This document shows positions 26,976 through 41,180 of a stretch of DNA of 64,000 bases, in pieces (positions within the stretch are counted from its first letter, which is position 1; every line of letters starts with the position of its first letter). Under the pieces are notes generated by a model. It ran no database searches, had not been told where the DNA came from, and was given only the letters and a program-made list of their open reading frames with translations. The DNA lies in the NCBI GenBank assembly GCA_023213395.1, contig CM041465.1, forward strand, positions 81,971,741-82,035,740. The letters run 5' to 3'. Source of the DNA: Cycas panzhihuaensis (lineage: Eukaryota > Plantae > Cycadophyta). The position numbers and the translations under genes were made by a program.

Positions 26976-29700
26976 TGTACCTAATTATAATAGACTCAAC
27001 AAAAGATCCCTTTTTATTTAATGAGGCCCTACATATGCAAAAGGAGTCCTCTCTTATGCATGACTATTAATAAATAATCTCATATATAAATGTTAATATC
27101 TATCACCTTAATTATATCCTATAGTCACATGTTAGCTAGTTAACTACCAGGTCATATGGTAGAGGTAGCTATGTAACAGGTCCTTCCTTATAAGATGTTG
27201 AGTCCCAAGGGCGAGGAGGATGTGTATGCTATCAAATAAGCTCTATTGATTCCCATGTCACTTCCTTTGGTTTACAACTAACCCACCACATAATATACTA
27301 AAAAATGATTTGGTTATGAAGGTTGTTACCTAGATACGCTTAGGTGGAATAGTGAGAACTTATTCTTCATCCAAGATGGAAAAGATTATTTGAGAGGAAA
27401 CATATCGGTTGAGTTATTACTTGAAGTAAAAGGCCTGGAAGATATTATATAAGGAGTTCTAAAGCATAAGCATCTTCTCTAAGGGGGTGGTAAACTATAA
27501 GCAATTTCTAATATATTTGAGGAGTTGTAGGGGCCATAGTAATGGCAATTAATAGTTTTTAAGGGATTGTTGCTTGTATGGATGGAGGCAAAGGAAGACT
27601 AAGCTACCAACTAAAAATAAGTGATCAATTCATCGGTAATAAACAAGTTGCTTCATGTGATTTTTGGTCATCGATAGGGTTTATTTAAGGGCATCGAGGA
27701 TGTGGTCGATATATTGGATCTTTTATTAAATGATAATTATATATAAGTTGGTAACTAGTGTATGGTAGAATAGCAAGGGATAGTCATAAAGAGATGTATG
27801 ATATATGAATGGTAGAATAGAAAGAAGGGTTTCACCAATGATTAGCAAGTGCTAGTCAAGATGTCTATTTCTTTTGGTATTTAGATACAAAATGGTATAA
27901 GTAGGTCTTATGGTTTTACTAAGGACTTTAAACTAGTTATTAGTTTGTGGATGGTAAGATAAGCTCTTATTCAAGATAATTCCTAAGCCATGAATGATCT
28001 CTGCCAAAATAATATGGTAAATTTAAGATCTCAATCACATACTATAATGGAAGGAATTTATGGAGGTAAAAATGATCGATGTGTAAGAAGGGATATATAA
28101 TCAATCCAGATAAGTAATAAGGCATCGAGATCAAGGTGGGTTATAAGTTAGACTTTGATGTTATTAAGATGAACTATGAAGCCTAAGTTATTAGTTAGTT
28201 ATTATGTATTTAGTTAGGGGGAATAAGTTTATTAGGGGAAGGTATTGTATTGTGAAGCATATGTATTTTCTTGAGGTGGTCCTTAAAAAGTAGAAAGGGG
28301 TTAGTAAGAGAGTTGTTTATACTATAGGTACTAAGATTTTATAACCATTGACTCCTAAAATGGAATTTAATCCTCTAACAGAGAGAGAATAGAAATCTAA
28401 TATTAGGTGAGATGTTCTTATCTAGATATGGAGGTTCTTAATGGTTCCTATATAATGGAGGGTATGATATCTAAGGAGGGAGTAGGTGAAATAAGTTTTG
28501 GGATAACATACAAGCCCAACTACTACATAAGAGAGATATTAGTGAAATTAAGTGAGGCATCACCATTAATAAGAATGGTTATAAGAGTCTTGTAGAGTTT
28601 TCTTTAACTCTTAAGGGCTTAGAGTAAGAAGTAGAAGGACAATTGCTAAGGACACATTAGATTTTAGATAGAGAAAAGTTTTAGAGGGCTCATTTAGGTT
28701 ATATTTATAATTAGAACCATCATCTAAGGAGTTTAGGATCAATTGTGAAGACCATGCATTTGTCTTTGTATACCTTTAGATAGTTATGAGTCTATTTCTT
28801 AGAGCACTTGATATAAAGGTTACCTTCTCTTCTTATTTTCTTTAGCTATAAGAATCTAGAGAGGATATATGTAGTGGTCTCCTATTAGATGTTGTAGATC
28901 TTCTAGTTGTGGATGCTTCTAATATATTGATGGGATCATTGGTAGAAGGTAGGATCTCAATGAAGAATAACTAGTCATTTCATTACAAATTTATTTCGAT
29001 TACTTTTTCCATAGATATGGCCTCTAGATTGATGGGAGGAACCACTTAAAGTACATTTAAATGTAGTCTTTAAGTCTAGAAATATACATGCCGATGATAG
29101 CTTATTAATTGAGAGTTTGAGATACTCAATTATATAGGCCATAAAACTTTGTGATATATGCTTAAATAGATGTTATTTTCTTAAGGTAGTGAGTTGGTTG
29201 AAGAAGGTCTAGTTCCACATCTCTTTATATAGATCAAATAAACATTTATAAAATAAAGTCCCATGTACGATTGATGGGGTTCTTATATTGTAATGAATGA
29301 TACTAGTGAAGAGCTTTGTCTTCAAATTGGATAGAGGCAAAAGTTAGATGATCATCAAAGGACATGGGTATGAGAGAGAGTGTCCCAGTTAAGATCAAGG
29401 TCAAAACTAAGAATAGTGATTTTATAGCAGAGTGGGTAATGACATATTAAGGGTGGAAGTGGAGGGATTAGAGGTGGTGGGGAGTTATCAAATGAAGCAA
29501 AGATGAAGGGAATGCTTGAAATCTATATGGAAAGATTATTGTAGTGAAATTATTATTTAAAGTGGTGATTTGGGTTTTTAGGGATGAGATCCAATCTACT
29601 TGGGAAGGGAGAGCCATGATACAAAAGAAAGAATTTACTAAAATTAATTTAAAGAAGTGGACTAGAAGAAGGAAGCTTAGAGAAAAAGGCATTTATTAGG
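26976..29700 (-). mobile_element. Heavily decayed chromovirus (Ty3/gypsy), apparently RT/RH-deleted, with ~200-bp 3' LTR (26976-27178)
   Basis: Minus strand: gag TFFNQLTTLRK (~29180-29210), protease ITILINGDASLNF (~28540-28583), integrase LNKSLSYHPQTN (~27940-27975), YYGPY (~27530), chromodomain-like KEVTWES (~27250). PPT GGAAGGACC abuts the LTR. Confidence 0.75.
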
Positions 29701-30871
29701 AAGGGGATTAGATAAGAAAAATGAGACTAAAGAGATAAGGATTAACATAAAGGGGTGGTGGAGAGAAGGGGGGGTGTTTATAGCTTTCTAACCCTTCAAT
29801 TATAAGTAAGCCTTTATGGGGTGTCTTTAAGTTGTTTTCCCAAGAAAATAATGTAACATATTTACCTATTATACTATGATAGGTGTAATATCCTTATCAA
29901 GATGTTGTAGGTAAAAATATACATGAAAAAATAGTTGGAGTAATCTTAATATTCTTATATATCATTTTTTCTCAAAAGAATGGGTTAAAATTAAGTTAGT
30001 GAGAAACGATGAGTATGATGCCTCTATTATAATGAGATAGCTAAAACCAAGAGTAAAAATAAGTTTAAGTAATTATTTATAATTTTTTTTTTAATGTGAA
30101 GACTACCAATAAGGGTTTGATTATAATATATTAATGTTTACTAAAGCAAGCTTGTTAATAATAATTTTTCCTAGGTATTATTATGAAACTAGAAAAATAA
30201 ACTCACATGACCAACACTAGATAAAATTTGATATGGAAATTGTTGAATTTGGCTTTGTTTGATTTATAAGCCATCTAATATACTTCTTAGTTATTAATAG
30301 GGAACCAACCCAATATCCTAAGGTGTTAACTATAGATGATTATTATACCAATAGTCATATAATCTATCTCTGAGATGTATATTGAAAGTGATTTCTAAAT
30401 GTTAACCACTAACTAAAGGTACTACATATTATGGATATCTGATGGTTATTTATCCTAAGACTTCTCTTAAACCTAAATGGTCCTATAATATACTTGAAAG
30501 TATATGGAAGCTCGCTTATACTAATATTGTCTAAGACCTTGGTATTTGCACATGTATCATCTTATTTCATATATTAGCTATCATGAGGCATGCTTAGTTA
30601 GTAACAATATTGTTATGAATATTTAAAAATCCAAAAATATGGTTTCTATCCTAAACCACTATTATGGGGGGGGGAAGGAGGGAACTTTACTTCCATCATA
30701 AAGGAAAAGGGAGAAAAACTTTTCTAGATAAAATTATCAGTAGTCCCTTTATTTTCACAACTTGCTACTATAAGAAATGTCCTTTCAGACTTACTCTTAT
30801 AGCACTTAGGATAAATTATCCCTATATTTCTCTATAATGTTTGTCACAAAATAAAACAAAGGAGATAAAAC

Positions 30872-33800
30872 TATTAAAATTTGTGATATTTTATATATTT
30901 AATATTTAACATAAAATAGTGGACCCATATAAAATCCCACTCACCAAAAGCATTGAGAGATATGATATACACACATATTCATATACACATCATATTGGAT
31001 GATGAAAAGGCTTAAGAGATATTATAGGTTATTCATGAGTTGACACATCTATAAATATGTACACATACCACTTGAAACTTGAGAGAGGAGGGACTCATTC
31101 AAAGATATAATTATTTGATATTTAAATAAGAGTTCTCAACACCAACCTTCTCTGATAGTTTTTTTCACACTGAGTATTCCACGTATAAATATATTATGTA
31201 TCTTGTGATATATGCTTGATATACTCCTTACTTTATATTTTATATTATCACTTAATATATTAACCTTACATATATGAATTGTGTATATTCCTCATAATAT
31301 GACTCATTGATTATACATGTTTGATATATTTTTATTGCACATGGTGAGTATATTCCTTTACATTATTAAAGTTAAATTCTAAATTTTAACATGGTATGAG
31401 AGAAATATTGTGAATGATCTTATTTAGTCCTATGATGATGGTGGTGGTGGCCATGGCAAGAGTTATGGCAATATCGATTATGAGTGTAATTAGGTCATAA
31501 GCCTAAAAGATTAGATATCTATACCAAAACTTTAGTTGATTATAAGTTTGTAGAAGCTTACTTAGTAAGATGAAGGATATTGTAGAAATACCAAAAATTT
31601 ATGGTGAGCACAATACATATCCAAACATAGAGATTATTATTATGGATTTATTATATTACCACTTATGTTAAGAGAAAACCTTTACTATGTCATCCATATT
31701 TGCCCCATCGATCTCTACCCACTATACTGTCATACACTCTAGATCCTAATAAAGACAATAATTGCCCGTAAAAAATAAGATGTGATGATGAGATACTAGG
31801 CCATGGCTAACAATTTAACCTGTGTCGGATAGACTTTATTGTTAATCAATTTGTAGAGAAACGTTTTGTTCACAAAAGCATCATCCTGATAAATTCATAT
31901 GAAAGGTATGTATCATATGTAATTAGAGAAGATCAACCCTGAAAATCCTTCACACAATTATGCCATCACCACTCCATCACTAGATCAACACAAATTCATT
32001 GATAAAAATACACAAGAGAAAAAATATTGCATATTAAATTTGATTAAGATATAAAAATACTCATGTATATTTATGAGTTTAATTTGATTTTATAATTATT
32101 TAACGATTATGGGAAAGGATAAACATAAAGGTTTATAAACTAAACTTGATTTTTTTTTTCATATGCAAGAATGAAAATAACTAGATTAAGTAAAATTTGA
32201 GTTTTACACCTTAGCCCCCTTTATCTCAAAGAGATGTTCATATGGAGTAGTCACATAATGAGTAACCCTATTCCAAAGGGGCTAAACATTATTTCTAAAG
32301 GAAAGCATATTTTTCATAATATATTGTTACCTTTATAGTTATAACTTTTCATCTAGGAGTGAGTTTCTTGAGTCGTTACTTATATTTAAAATGAGAAATT
32401 TAAGATGTTCAAATGAGTAGTTATAAGGCATAATTTAGAGATCATATGATAGAGATTTTAATGGGTAAATTTAAATAAAGTATTTTGACTTTAATACATT
32501 TTTGAACTATTTTAGATCTATTTTAGCTTATATTGATGTGTTAAAGGTTCCTAAGATCATTATGATGAGTTTGATGATAGATGAAAAATGAAAAACTAAG
32601 TTTCATTTAAAATAGAGATATTTAAAGCTCATTAATAATATTTAAAGGCTAAAAAATAAAAAAAAATGATGATGTGGGGCATTAGTTAATATATAAATCT
32701 TATATATATTAGACATGATTAAATTCCCCTTGTATTCATACATTTAATTAGTAGAACTATATGTACTTATCAAATGTAATAATCACCTAATTTATTATTG
32801 AATGAATGATGATAATTGATGACATCGCCTAATTTTATTGATAAAGGGCCTAATTTATTTGTAGTTTATTAGAGAGTTTTTAATAGGATGTTAATGTTTA
32901 CCACCTATTTATGAGGCATAAAGAAGAAATCTCATATATTATAACATACCAATTCAGTTATTTAGGTTATCCTATTGATATATAAAACATGTTTATCAAT
33001 GAGAAATCTAACTTACCATATATGATAAGAGGTATAGAAAATGATGTTTATATTACCTTATTATAGCTAACTTGAATTAGCCAAGTAGTATGTCCTATTA
33101 TTAGAGTGTGTTTGTTTTGTTCATTAATTTGATACTATTGATAATATTTAATCATTGGCAAAAGAAAGATGGAGATATGTGAAAGAGTGCCATTAGAGGT
33201 AACACATAATGTATTTGCTTATATTAAAGAGGTAAGATAAATTGGCCTACTCATGTATAACACAAAATTATGTTGTTATTCTTGTATACAAGAGACAAGA
33301 TATTTATGCTACTCTTGTAATAGAATTTTGCCTAATAAATTGAATGTTGCTTTATTTGTTGATGAACCACATATAAGAAATACATCTTATAGAACTAGTG
33401 ATTCAAACAACCAATTACCCATGTATTTTAGTAGATGGTTATTGTTTTATATAGATATTAGTAATCATTTTTATTCATGAAATTAATGAGATCATAGGTT
33501 GATAAAATTATTAATTCATCATAGCTTTATAGGTGAAGATATGAAGTTGAGGAGAAATTTTGATATAAATATAACAAGTAAAAGTCATAAAATTATGATT
33601 GGTTATTTGGTTGATTGATGTTAGTTTTATAGGTATTTTATAAATGGATATTCATAGTTAGTTATTAATGATCACAAATGGTTACAAGTTAATTAATTAT
33701 AGGAGATAAATATGATGTTGATAAATTTACAAGTTACAAGTAATATAATTTAATACAACATAATACAAATTAATTTAGATTGATGAGGTTATAGGTTTAT

Positions 33801-34378
33801 AAATTCTAATATATAGGAAAAGTATGAATAATTAAAGATTTAAAGATTTAAACATATTAAATATTAAAGGGGAGTATTTGAATATGTGATAGCTCATATA
33901 CTTAATATTTAATATTAAATAATAGACCCATAAAAAATCTCACTCGCAAAAAGCATTAAGAGATATGATGTGTATACACATTCATGTATACATCATATTA
34001 GATAATGATAAGGCTTAAGATAAATTATATGATATTCATGAGGTGATATATATATATATATATATACCAAAAGAGAAAGAACTCATTTAAAGATGTAATT
34101 ATTTGATATCTAGAAATGAGCTCTCAACTCTAACCTTCTCCTATGGTTTCTCTCACACTAGGTTTTTTACATATAAATCTATTATCTATCTTATGGTATA
34201 TGGTTAATATGTTTATTATTTTATATTTCATATTATTACTTAATATGTTGATCTTATATATATGAATTGTGTACATCCCTTATGATATGACTCTTTGATT
34301 ATAATGTTTGATATACTTCTGCTACACATAATAAATATATTCCAATATGGTATCAGAGTTAAATTCTAAATTCTAATA
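30872..34378 (+). mobile_element. Old non-autonomous copia-type LTR element (~500-bp LTRs at 30872-31391 and 33875-34378)
   Basis: Direct repeats (GACCCATA.AAAATC.CACTC, GAGATATGAT, TATATGAATTGTGTA, GTTAAATTCTAAATT). PBS TGGTATGAGAG (tRNA-iMet, one mismatch) at 31392. PPT AAAGGGGAG before 33875. Faint RNase H remnant near 33500-33600. Confidence 0.85.
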
Positions 34379-34482
34379 AAAGGAAGAAGATAAATTTGCT
34401 ATTATTATAGAATAAGAACTTATTATAAAGAAATATGAGTATAAAAAAATTAATTATGGAAATATGAGAATCAAAATAGTAT

Positions 34483-34690
34483 TGTAATACACTCAATTAT
34501 AATAAACTCAATAAAAGATCTCTTATCATTCAAAGAGACCTTATATATACAAAAGGAATTCTCTCTTATATATAATTATTAATAGAAAACCTCATGTATA
34601 ATTATTAATAGGTAGAATATTGATCAAGTTCCATGCGTACATGTTTTTTTTCTAACAATTAGGTCCCACTATAGAAATAGCTATGCAATA
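34483..34690 (-). repeat. Second copy of the ~200-bp chromovirus LTR (solo LTR or displaced 5' LTR)
   Basis: AATTATAATA.ACTCAA.AAAAGATC, CAAAAGGA.T.CTCTCTTAT and TAGCTATG.AA.A match 26976-27178. No clear PBS or TSD. Confidence 0.7.
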
Positions 34691-37600
34691 TAATCCACTA
34701 GTTAGAAATTGTGGTATTTTAAGTTAAGACACTTGAGGAGCATATAAGGTTATAAAAGAAATAATAGTATTCACTAACCCACATAAATAAGATCCCAAGA
34801 GTTATAAAGCAATACAACTAAGATTAAACTCTAAAAATATTGACAAAAATTTCTATGCATATAATTGGTTATAAAAATCATATGAAGTAAATATACCAAG
34901 TACTAATTGTTATAATATGGGACTTATCTTCGATATGAATCATAATATGGAGTCTAAAAATGTGGGTAGTTATAAAGTCACAAATGATCATTATTATAAG
35001 AATGACAATGATGAATATTTAAGCATAACTAGTAGTGGGGATTTTTATAATGGTATGGATGAAGAAAAATAGAAGGGTGAATGTTCAAATACTAATGATA
35101 ACTTTAAAGAAATTTGTTTTAATAATAGGAAAAACTATAAAATAAAGGGAATGCATGATGGTCAAAGTTCTATAAGTCATAATGATAAAGAAAAGATTAA
35201 TCAAAGGATAAGAAGAAGAAACTAATATAGCAAACCATGTCAAAGAAAAGGCAAAAAAATACATAGCATGACTTCCATGTCAAGGCATCATATTTCAAAA
35301 CTTACTACAAGTGGAAAATAATTGCTTAAAATTGCATAGAAGGAATAATAAACTTCCATCACTAAACTTTAAAATAACTTATATTCTAACTATTAAAACT
35401 AAATGGAATAATTTTTTTTAAAAGATAACCAAAAAATACTTCTGGTGAAGTCAATTTCGAGTTATTTGGAGACATTTAGTTTATGTAATAATCTTTTGAA
35501 GCTAATCAAAATTTACGATTTTTGGGACTATAATAATACCTCTAAATAAAATGATGATAACTTTTGATTTTAATATCTAGTTTAATTAAGATTACTTTAA
35601 CTTAAAATTAGCTTTAAATATACTTATTAAAAAAATTGAGGTTAACTAGATACTTATACCCTTTATTATGATCTTATTTAGAAAAAAATTAAGAACAACT
35701 ACATAAGTATAACAAAATTTATGGTCATTTAAAGTATTAGTAGTAGATTTTAGACCCTACGGATAATAGTAGATAATAAGCCTAATTTGAATTCAATATA
35801 ACTTTCAGAATTCTACTCAAACCTTATAGTATAACCACTCAAAATTTATGGCATGATTTGGTCATCTCATATCTCAGTAATAACTTTTTAAAAATTTAAT
35901 CATTTACAACCTAAAAATTATAGATCTTTGATAATCCTTTTGGTTGGATAAACTAATCTCGATACCCCTTATGATGAACCCAAACTAAAATAGAAAGAAA
36001 ATTCTTGAATTATAATAAAAAATTACAACAAAATCATCCTTCACCCTAAATGTGCTAAAAATAATAAATGTCTAATTAAAATAAACTTATCATTCTAAAG
36101 CATAATGAGCAAGCTTTTATATGATGACTAATCCTTTTTAATTATATTTAAACTTGGTATTTTTCTTGGGTTGCATGAACACAACCTTACTTTAAATATT
36201 TCAATCATTTTTACTTATATTTGAAGCCAATATTTTTCTTGAAATGTGAGAACATAATAATAAGCTCCTCATATGACTTTATTACAACACCTCCCATATA
36301 GCATGTTAGGCTTTAAATGGGCTTGCCACTATGTCATAACCTCATTCTTCCTCATATTTACTTTAGTATCTTACTTAACATTATACTCATCTTGTTGGTA
36401 ATCCCTCTAAGGTAGAACTCTAGTATAAGAAAGCATTATATGACAGTGATGGAGGGTATGATGACTAACTCATTCATCCATAAGGTTAAGGGACATCATA
36501 ATTGATCCCTAAAAAGATTGTACTCTAAGGCAAAAAACTCTATATTTGGTGAAGGAGCTTGAAGTATATTATTATAAGGCATCTCTTATTACATATACAC
36601 TAATAAGTTATTTTCTTGATCATATACCTTCCAAGATTTATCTAAAAAAATGGACACACATACTTAGGGGAAATGTTCCATAAAGATTAAATCTATATAT
36701 TTTTAAGTTAAGGCCACATGGCCTTTAGTTTGAATCCATGTCTTAAGATAATTTAATGTTATTCTATGGTTCTTAGGCTTGTTTAAGAAATTTATACATT
36801 TTAAAGTAATGGACAATGGACTTTATTGTTTGCAAAGGATCACTATGTATTATTTAATTTTGGTTGAATTTTAAATTTCTCACTATATTTGTGGATTTTT
36901 ATTAATAATTTAATTCCTCCATTAAATAAGTTGTACTACAAGCCATAAAAACATTTATTTAGTGATTGTCTACATCCTTAAGTGTGTATTGAAGTGAATC
37001 TTGCTCAATGATTTACGAAGAGATCTTTGTGTATGTTAGAAGAAAAGTTTTGTTCAAAATATTCAATATCTCAACCTCACAAATGCTTATTTCTAATACT
37101 GTAAATTATAGAATTTTATTAAGTTCTATCTTATAGCTTCCCCAACCCCTCATCCCTAACACATAATATTGGTTTTGTTTTAGTTGGGTAGAAATTCATA
37201 ACCTAATGATGACCCTCCATAATAACCTATTCCACCATGACAGCCTCTTCTTTCTTCATAATAAGCTTTTTCTTTAGAAAGATTTGTTCATGAAATTCCA
37301 TCATCTCTATATTTTCATGAGCAAGGTTGGTCAATTGTTCAAAAATATATAAAGGATTCTATTTATTCTCTAGTTTAGAGTCCCTCTGCTCACTTATAAA
37401 TCTTTAGATAAATCACACTCCTTTGTATCAAATTTTGGAAACTCTAAGCATCAAGATTTTAAAATATTAATGGAGATTTTGTTCGATAACTATTATAATA
37501 ATTCTTCTCTACTTAGCATGGAAGAAGAAACCTATATGGATGAGGATTTACTAAACATGTAATTATAGGTGGTCCTTCCTAACCCTAATTGATAATTTAT

Positions 37601-39389
37601 CTTGTGGTCTATCATGCATTTCTTTATATTTTCTTAGAGTGTGAAGGGTTTCTGATTTATAACTAAATGGAGGATAATCAAGAATTACATGGTCCTAAAA
37701 GTTAATATTTTGGATTTCTTAGTTCTTTAGGTTCTAATTTACCTTTAATTGTTCATAATATTTGTGATTCAAATAATTGTCTCCACCAATCATGCACCAA
37801 GTTTGGGTGATATTATTTTATGCTATGTGATATGGTTCAAGGATATATTGGTATGTGAGGCATTCAAGCTGCAAGCATTATTTGCTTGGGTGTTTTCTTG
37901 GTTGCAATTCATACTTATAAGAGTTGTAATATTAATTCTTCTTCTAGATCATGTATATTTTGTAGCTTAGAAATGGATGCATCTCTTATATCCTACTACT
38001 CATAAAATTCTTGTTAGGATTTGAATACAATTAAGTTTTCAAATAATAAATTATTAAAACGTAATGTTTAATGTATACATAATACGCACATATACTTCCC
38101 ACCATTCACCTACTTCGAGATATTTGAGATGCACACATATTAATGTTACCCCACTATTGGATGATGTAAAGGCTCGGTGTATATGATAGGCTACTCATGA
38201 GGTGATTAGCACTATATATTATACTCTCACCACTTGAGAACTTGATAAAGAAGAGAGGAGAAAGATGTAATCATTATGATCATAAGAAGAGTCCTAATTC
38301 CATCTTCTTCTATGGTGTTTCCCACACTGGCTTTTCCACATATAAATCGTGATGTCCATCTTGTGGTGATGATTATGTTTGATGATGTTTGCTTTATATG
38401 TTTGATGTTTTATACTCATGAGTTTATATTATTGCATCTTCATACTTTTAACACGGTATCAGAGCAATGTTGCATCCAAGTCTCTATGGTGAGGTGAAGA
38501 CCTTGCTAATCCAGATTCAAGCCTATAGAGCCTATGATAGGATCCATTGATAAAGAGTTTTTTCATGGGCTAGATATATATATGCATAGACCAGTGGCTT
38601 GCGTGATGTTATAGGATAGAAGAATCCAATCAAGCTGTATACATAACAAATACAACAAATAATGATGGTATGTTAATATGTGATTTTATATGGACATCTT
38701 ATTTAAGCATGTTGGCACCTATATTCAAAGCATTCGTGTACTTAAATTAGTCCATATGAGGACAACCCATTAATAGCGTGAAGTAGGCTTGTATAACTCT
38801 GTTAATAGATATTTTAGTGACAATATAAAAGCTATGAGGCATTACAAGAAATTACATATTTATTAGAGCATATGAATGATTTATATATGCATGACATAAG
38901 TTGTTATGAGACATATCTATTTGGATTATGACCAAATGTCAAACCTTAATATGATGGGATATTTAATTCAACCCATTATATGGTAGTGTATAGTAATTGT
39001 TGGTATATGAGGGATTGTTATATTTTGTTAAGTGTGTGTAAATTACACATATGCACAACCCAAATGGCAGAAGTAGATGTCCATCTTATAAAACATTGGT
39101 CGTAATAAACCCTATTTAGATATCAATATTGACATTATTTCTTGACTGACACGTAGTCAATCTGCTTGGCCAAAGATGTTTCCATGTTCCTTTTGCTTAC
39201 ACATATGCCATATGAAAAGAAATAATATTTGTAGTATGTTCTAACACTCTTAATCTTTTAATCTTTGAAACTATAGAATATGCTTGCCATTATATAAATA
39301 GATCTATCAAATCCTTCACAGATCTTAACTACGAAGCCTACTAGATCGCGCCCAAAGCCCTTATCACATAGAGAAACAATAGATCTGCC

Positions 39390-39970
39390 ATGCAACAATA
39401 GTTACCCTAAGCTACCATGCCTACACGCTGACATTTGAAAGGATGCCTCACTAATCTACGTGAGTCATTGCAGCTCCCTTCGTCAATGGAGATCACATCT
39501 TTATCATAGTTGCCATCACAAACTTGACATAAAACACCTCATCTAGGCATTATTACATGCAGGCCATACGATCTAGAATCAGCAGAGATATTTTGACCAT
39601 CAACCTGAGTGACTCATAGGATATTCCCATTGAGAACAGAGAGAAATATAACATAGGAAATTACGTGGTGATGTTGGGTATTGGCACACCAAAGAAGAGT
39701 GCGTTGATGATGATCAACACTGGTGGTGACATCAATTGGATTGATTACAATCCCTACACCACCTGCACTTCCTTGCAGGGTCCCCTATTCGATCCCTCAC
39801 AATCCTCTTCCTTTAAAACCATTGTGCGTCATTCATCTGAGTGCGACAAGGTGGTGCATGCCATGGGATTTCCTATGTCTTGTTCTTCTAATAGTACCTG
39901 CTATTACGAAGTTTGCTATGGGGATGGATCTAAAACTATTAGAGACTTCAGCCATGATACGCCTCTCCTC
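39390..39970 (+). pseudogene. Plant A1 aspartic protease (nepenthesin/CDR1/TAXI_N-like), N-terminal fragment
   Basis: DIPIE...GNYVVMLGIGTPKKSALMMINTGGDINWIDYNP...PLFDPSQSSSFKTI...C...CYYEVCYGDGSKTIRDFSHDT. Catalytic DTG decayed to NTG; upstream stops; C-terminal lobe absent. Confidence 0.9.
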
Positions 39971-41054
39971 ACATAAATTTCTCAACCATTTCTTAGCCAT
40001 ACATCTCTTAGCCACATGCACTCACTTAGAAAGTCATGCTCATAGCTACCTACCAGAATAAAGGATGATTAACTAGATGATTCATCCACTCACTATCCAC
40101 ATCCACATCTAAACAAATTGTGGCAATCATAAAAGATATTTCCCTTAATTTTTTTTCATAATTTAGATTATATAGAGCTACCCAACATCACCACGATCTG
40201 TTCACTTTGATCATTGGTAAGATCAATATCATTCATCCATAGGATTCGGTGGTCACATGACCTACTTTTTATAGAAGAAGATAGATAAATTTCAAGGTAA
40301 AATTGATACAAAAGGTGAACTTATTTTTGAGAAATGATGGATGACTATTAAAGTTTGGTTTTAAATCGAGCACTTTGAGGCCCATTTATGACATTTTAAG
40401 CCTATTTTAGTTGGAAAAATTTAATTAAGTGAGAAATATTTGATGGATTTATCATATAAGATATCCTTGATATGTTGGTCTTCCATTTCCCACACAACAT
40501 CACATTTAGTTTAGCAGATGATAAAGCTCCTAAATAAACATTCAAATCACCTAGATATTGAAGCAGTTTATGTTATTTAGTTAGATGTTAATTACAATTG
40601 CCTTGTTACAATTAACTTACCATGGCTAAGTAATTCAACATAGTCTTATAGTTGATTATTTAAGATGATCCAACTATCGACTTAATCCAGCCGATAAAAC
40701 TTTGATACAATCCTATAAGTAATTTGGAAATATGATGAACCATGTATTTAAAGCAATTTCCTAGTAAACTAGTAATTACTATGGTTGGTCACCAATGTAT
40801 TTTGTTACATAGATTATATTTTATATGGACTCAAATATCATTTTTCTTGATTTGTTGGACAACTTAATATAGATTGAAACCAGCCACCACATAGGTGAAA
40901 ATATGAAGATGTGCATAAAACACTTTATATATAGGTTTATAGAGATAGCATTTAGTTACAGGTTTTTTATAGGTTATAGATGATTTTGGTGATTAATATG
41001 GAAGCTCTGCTCAACCCTTACAGTGTGACAAATTTACCCATAACATACGAGATA

Positions 41055-41180
41055 CAAGAAACAAAGTTACATGATATAGGATATAGGAAACAAGTTACAT
41101 GATATAGGATATAGAAAACAAAGTTACAGGATATAGGTTATTTACAAGTTACACGCGATCGCATATAGGATATAAGTGAT
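41055..41180. repeat. ~29-bp tandem repeat (AAGTTACATGATATAGGATATAG) upstream of the PPT
   Basis: 3-4 imperfect copies visible. Confidence 0.8.

Noticed and set aside
26976-34690. Treating the two 200-bp LTRs as ends of one intact element
   Set aside because: No PBS beside the 34483 copy and no matching TSD; left unresolved.
34385-35300. Possible decayed gag/CP Zn knuckles (ICYYYR.., ICFNNR..)
   Set aside because: Too degenerate to assign by eye.
36200-36800. Possible DNA-transposase remnant on the minus strand
   Set aside because: No diagnostic motif, TIR or TSD could be confirmed.
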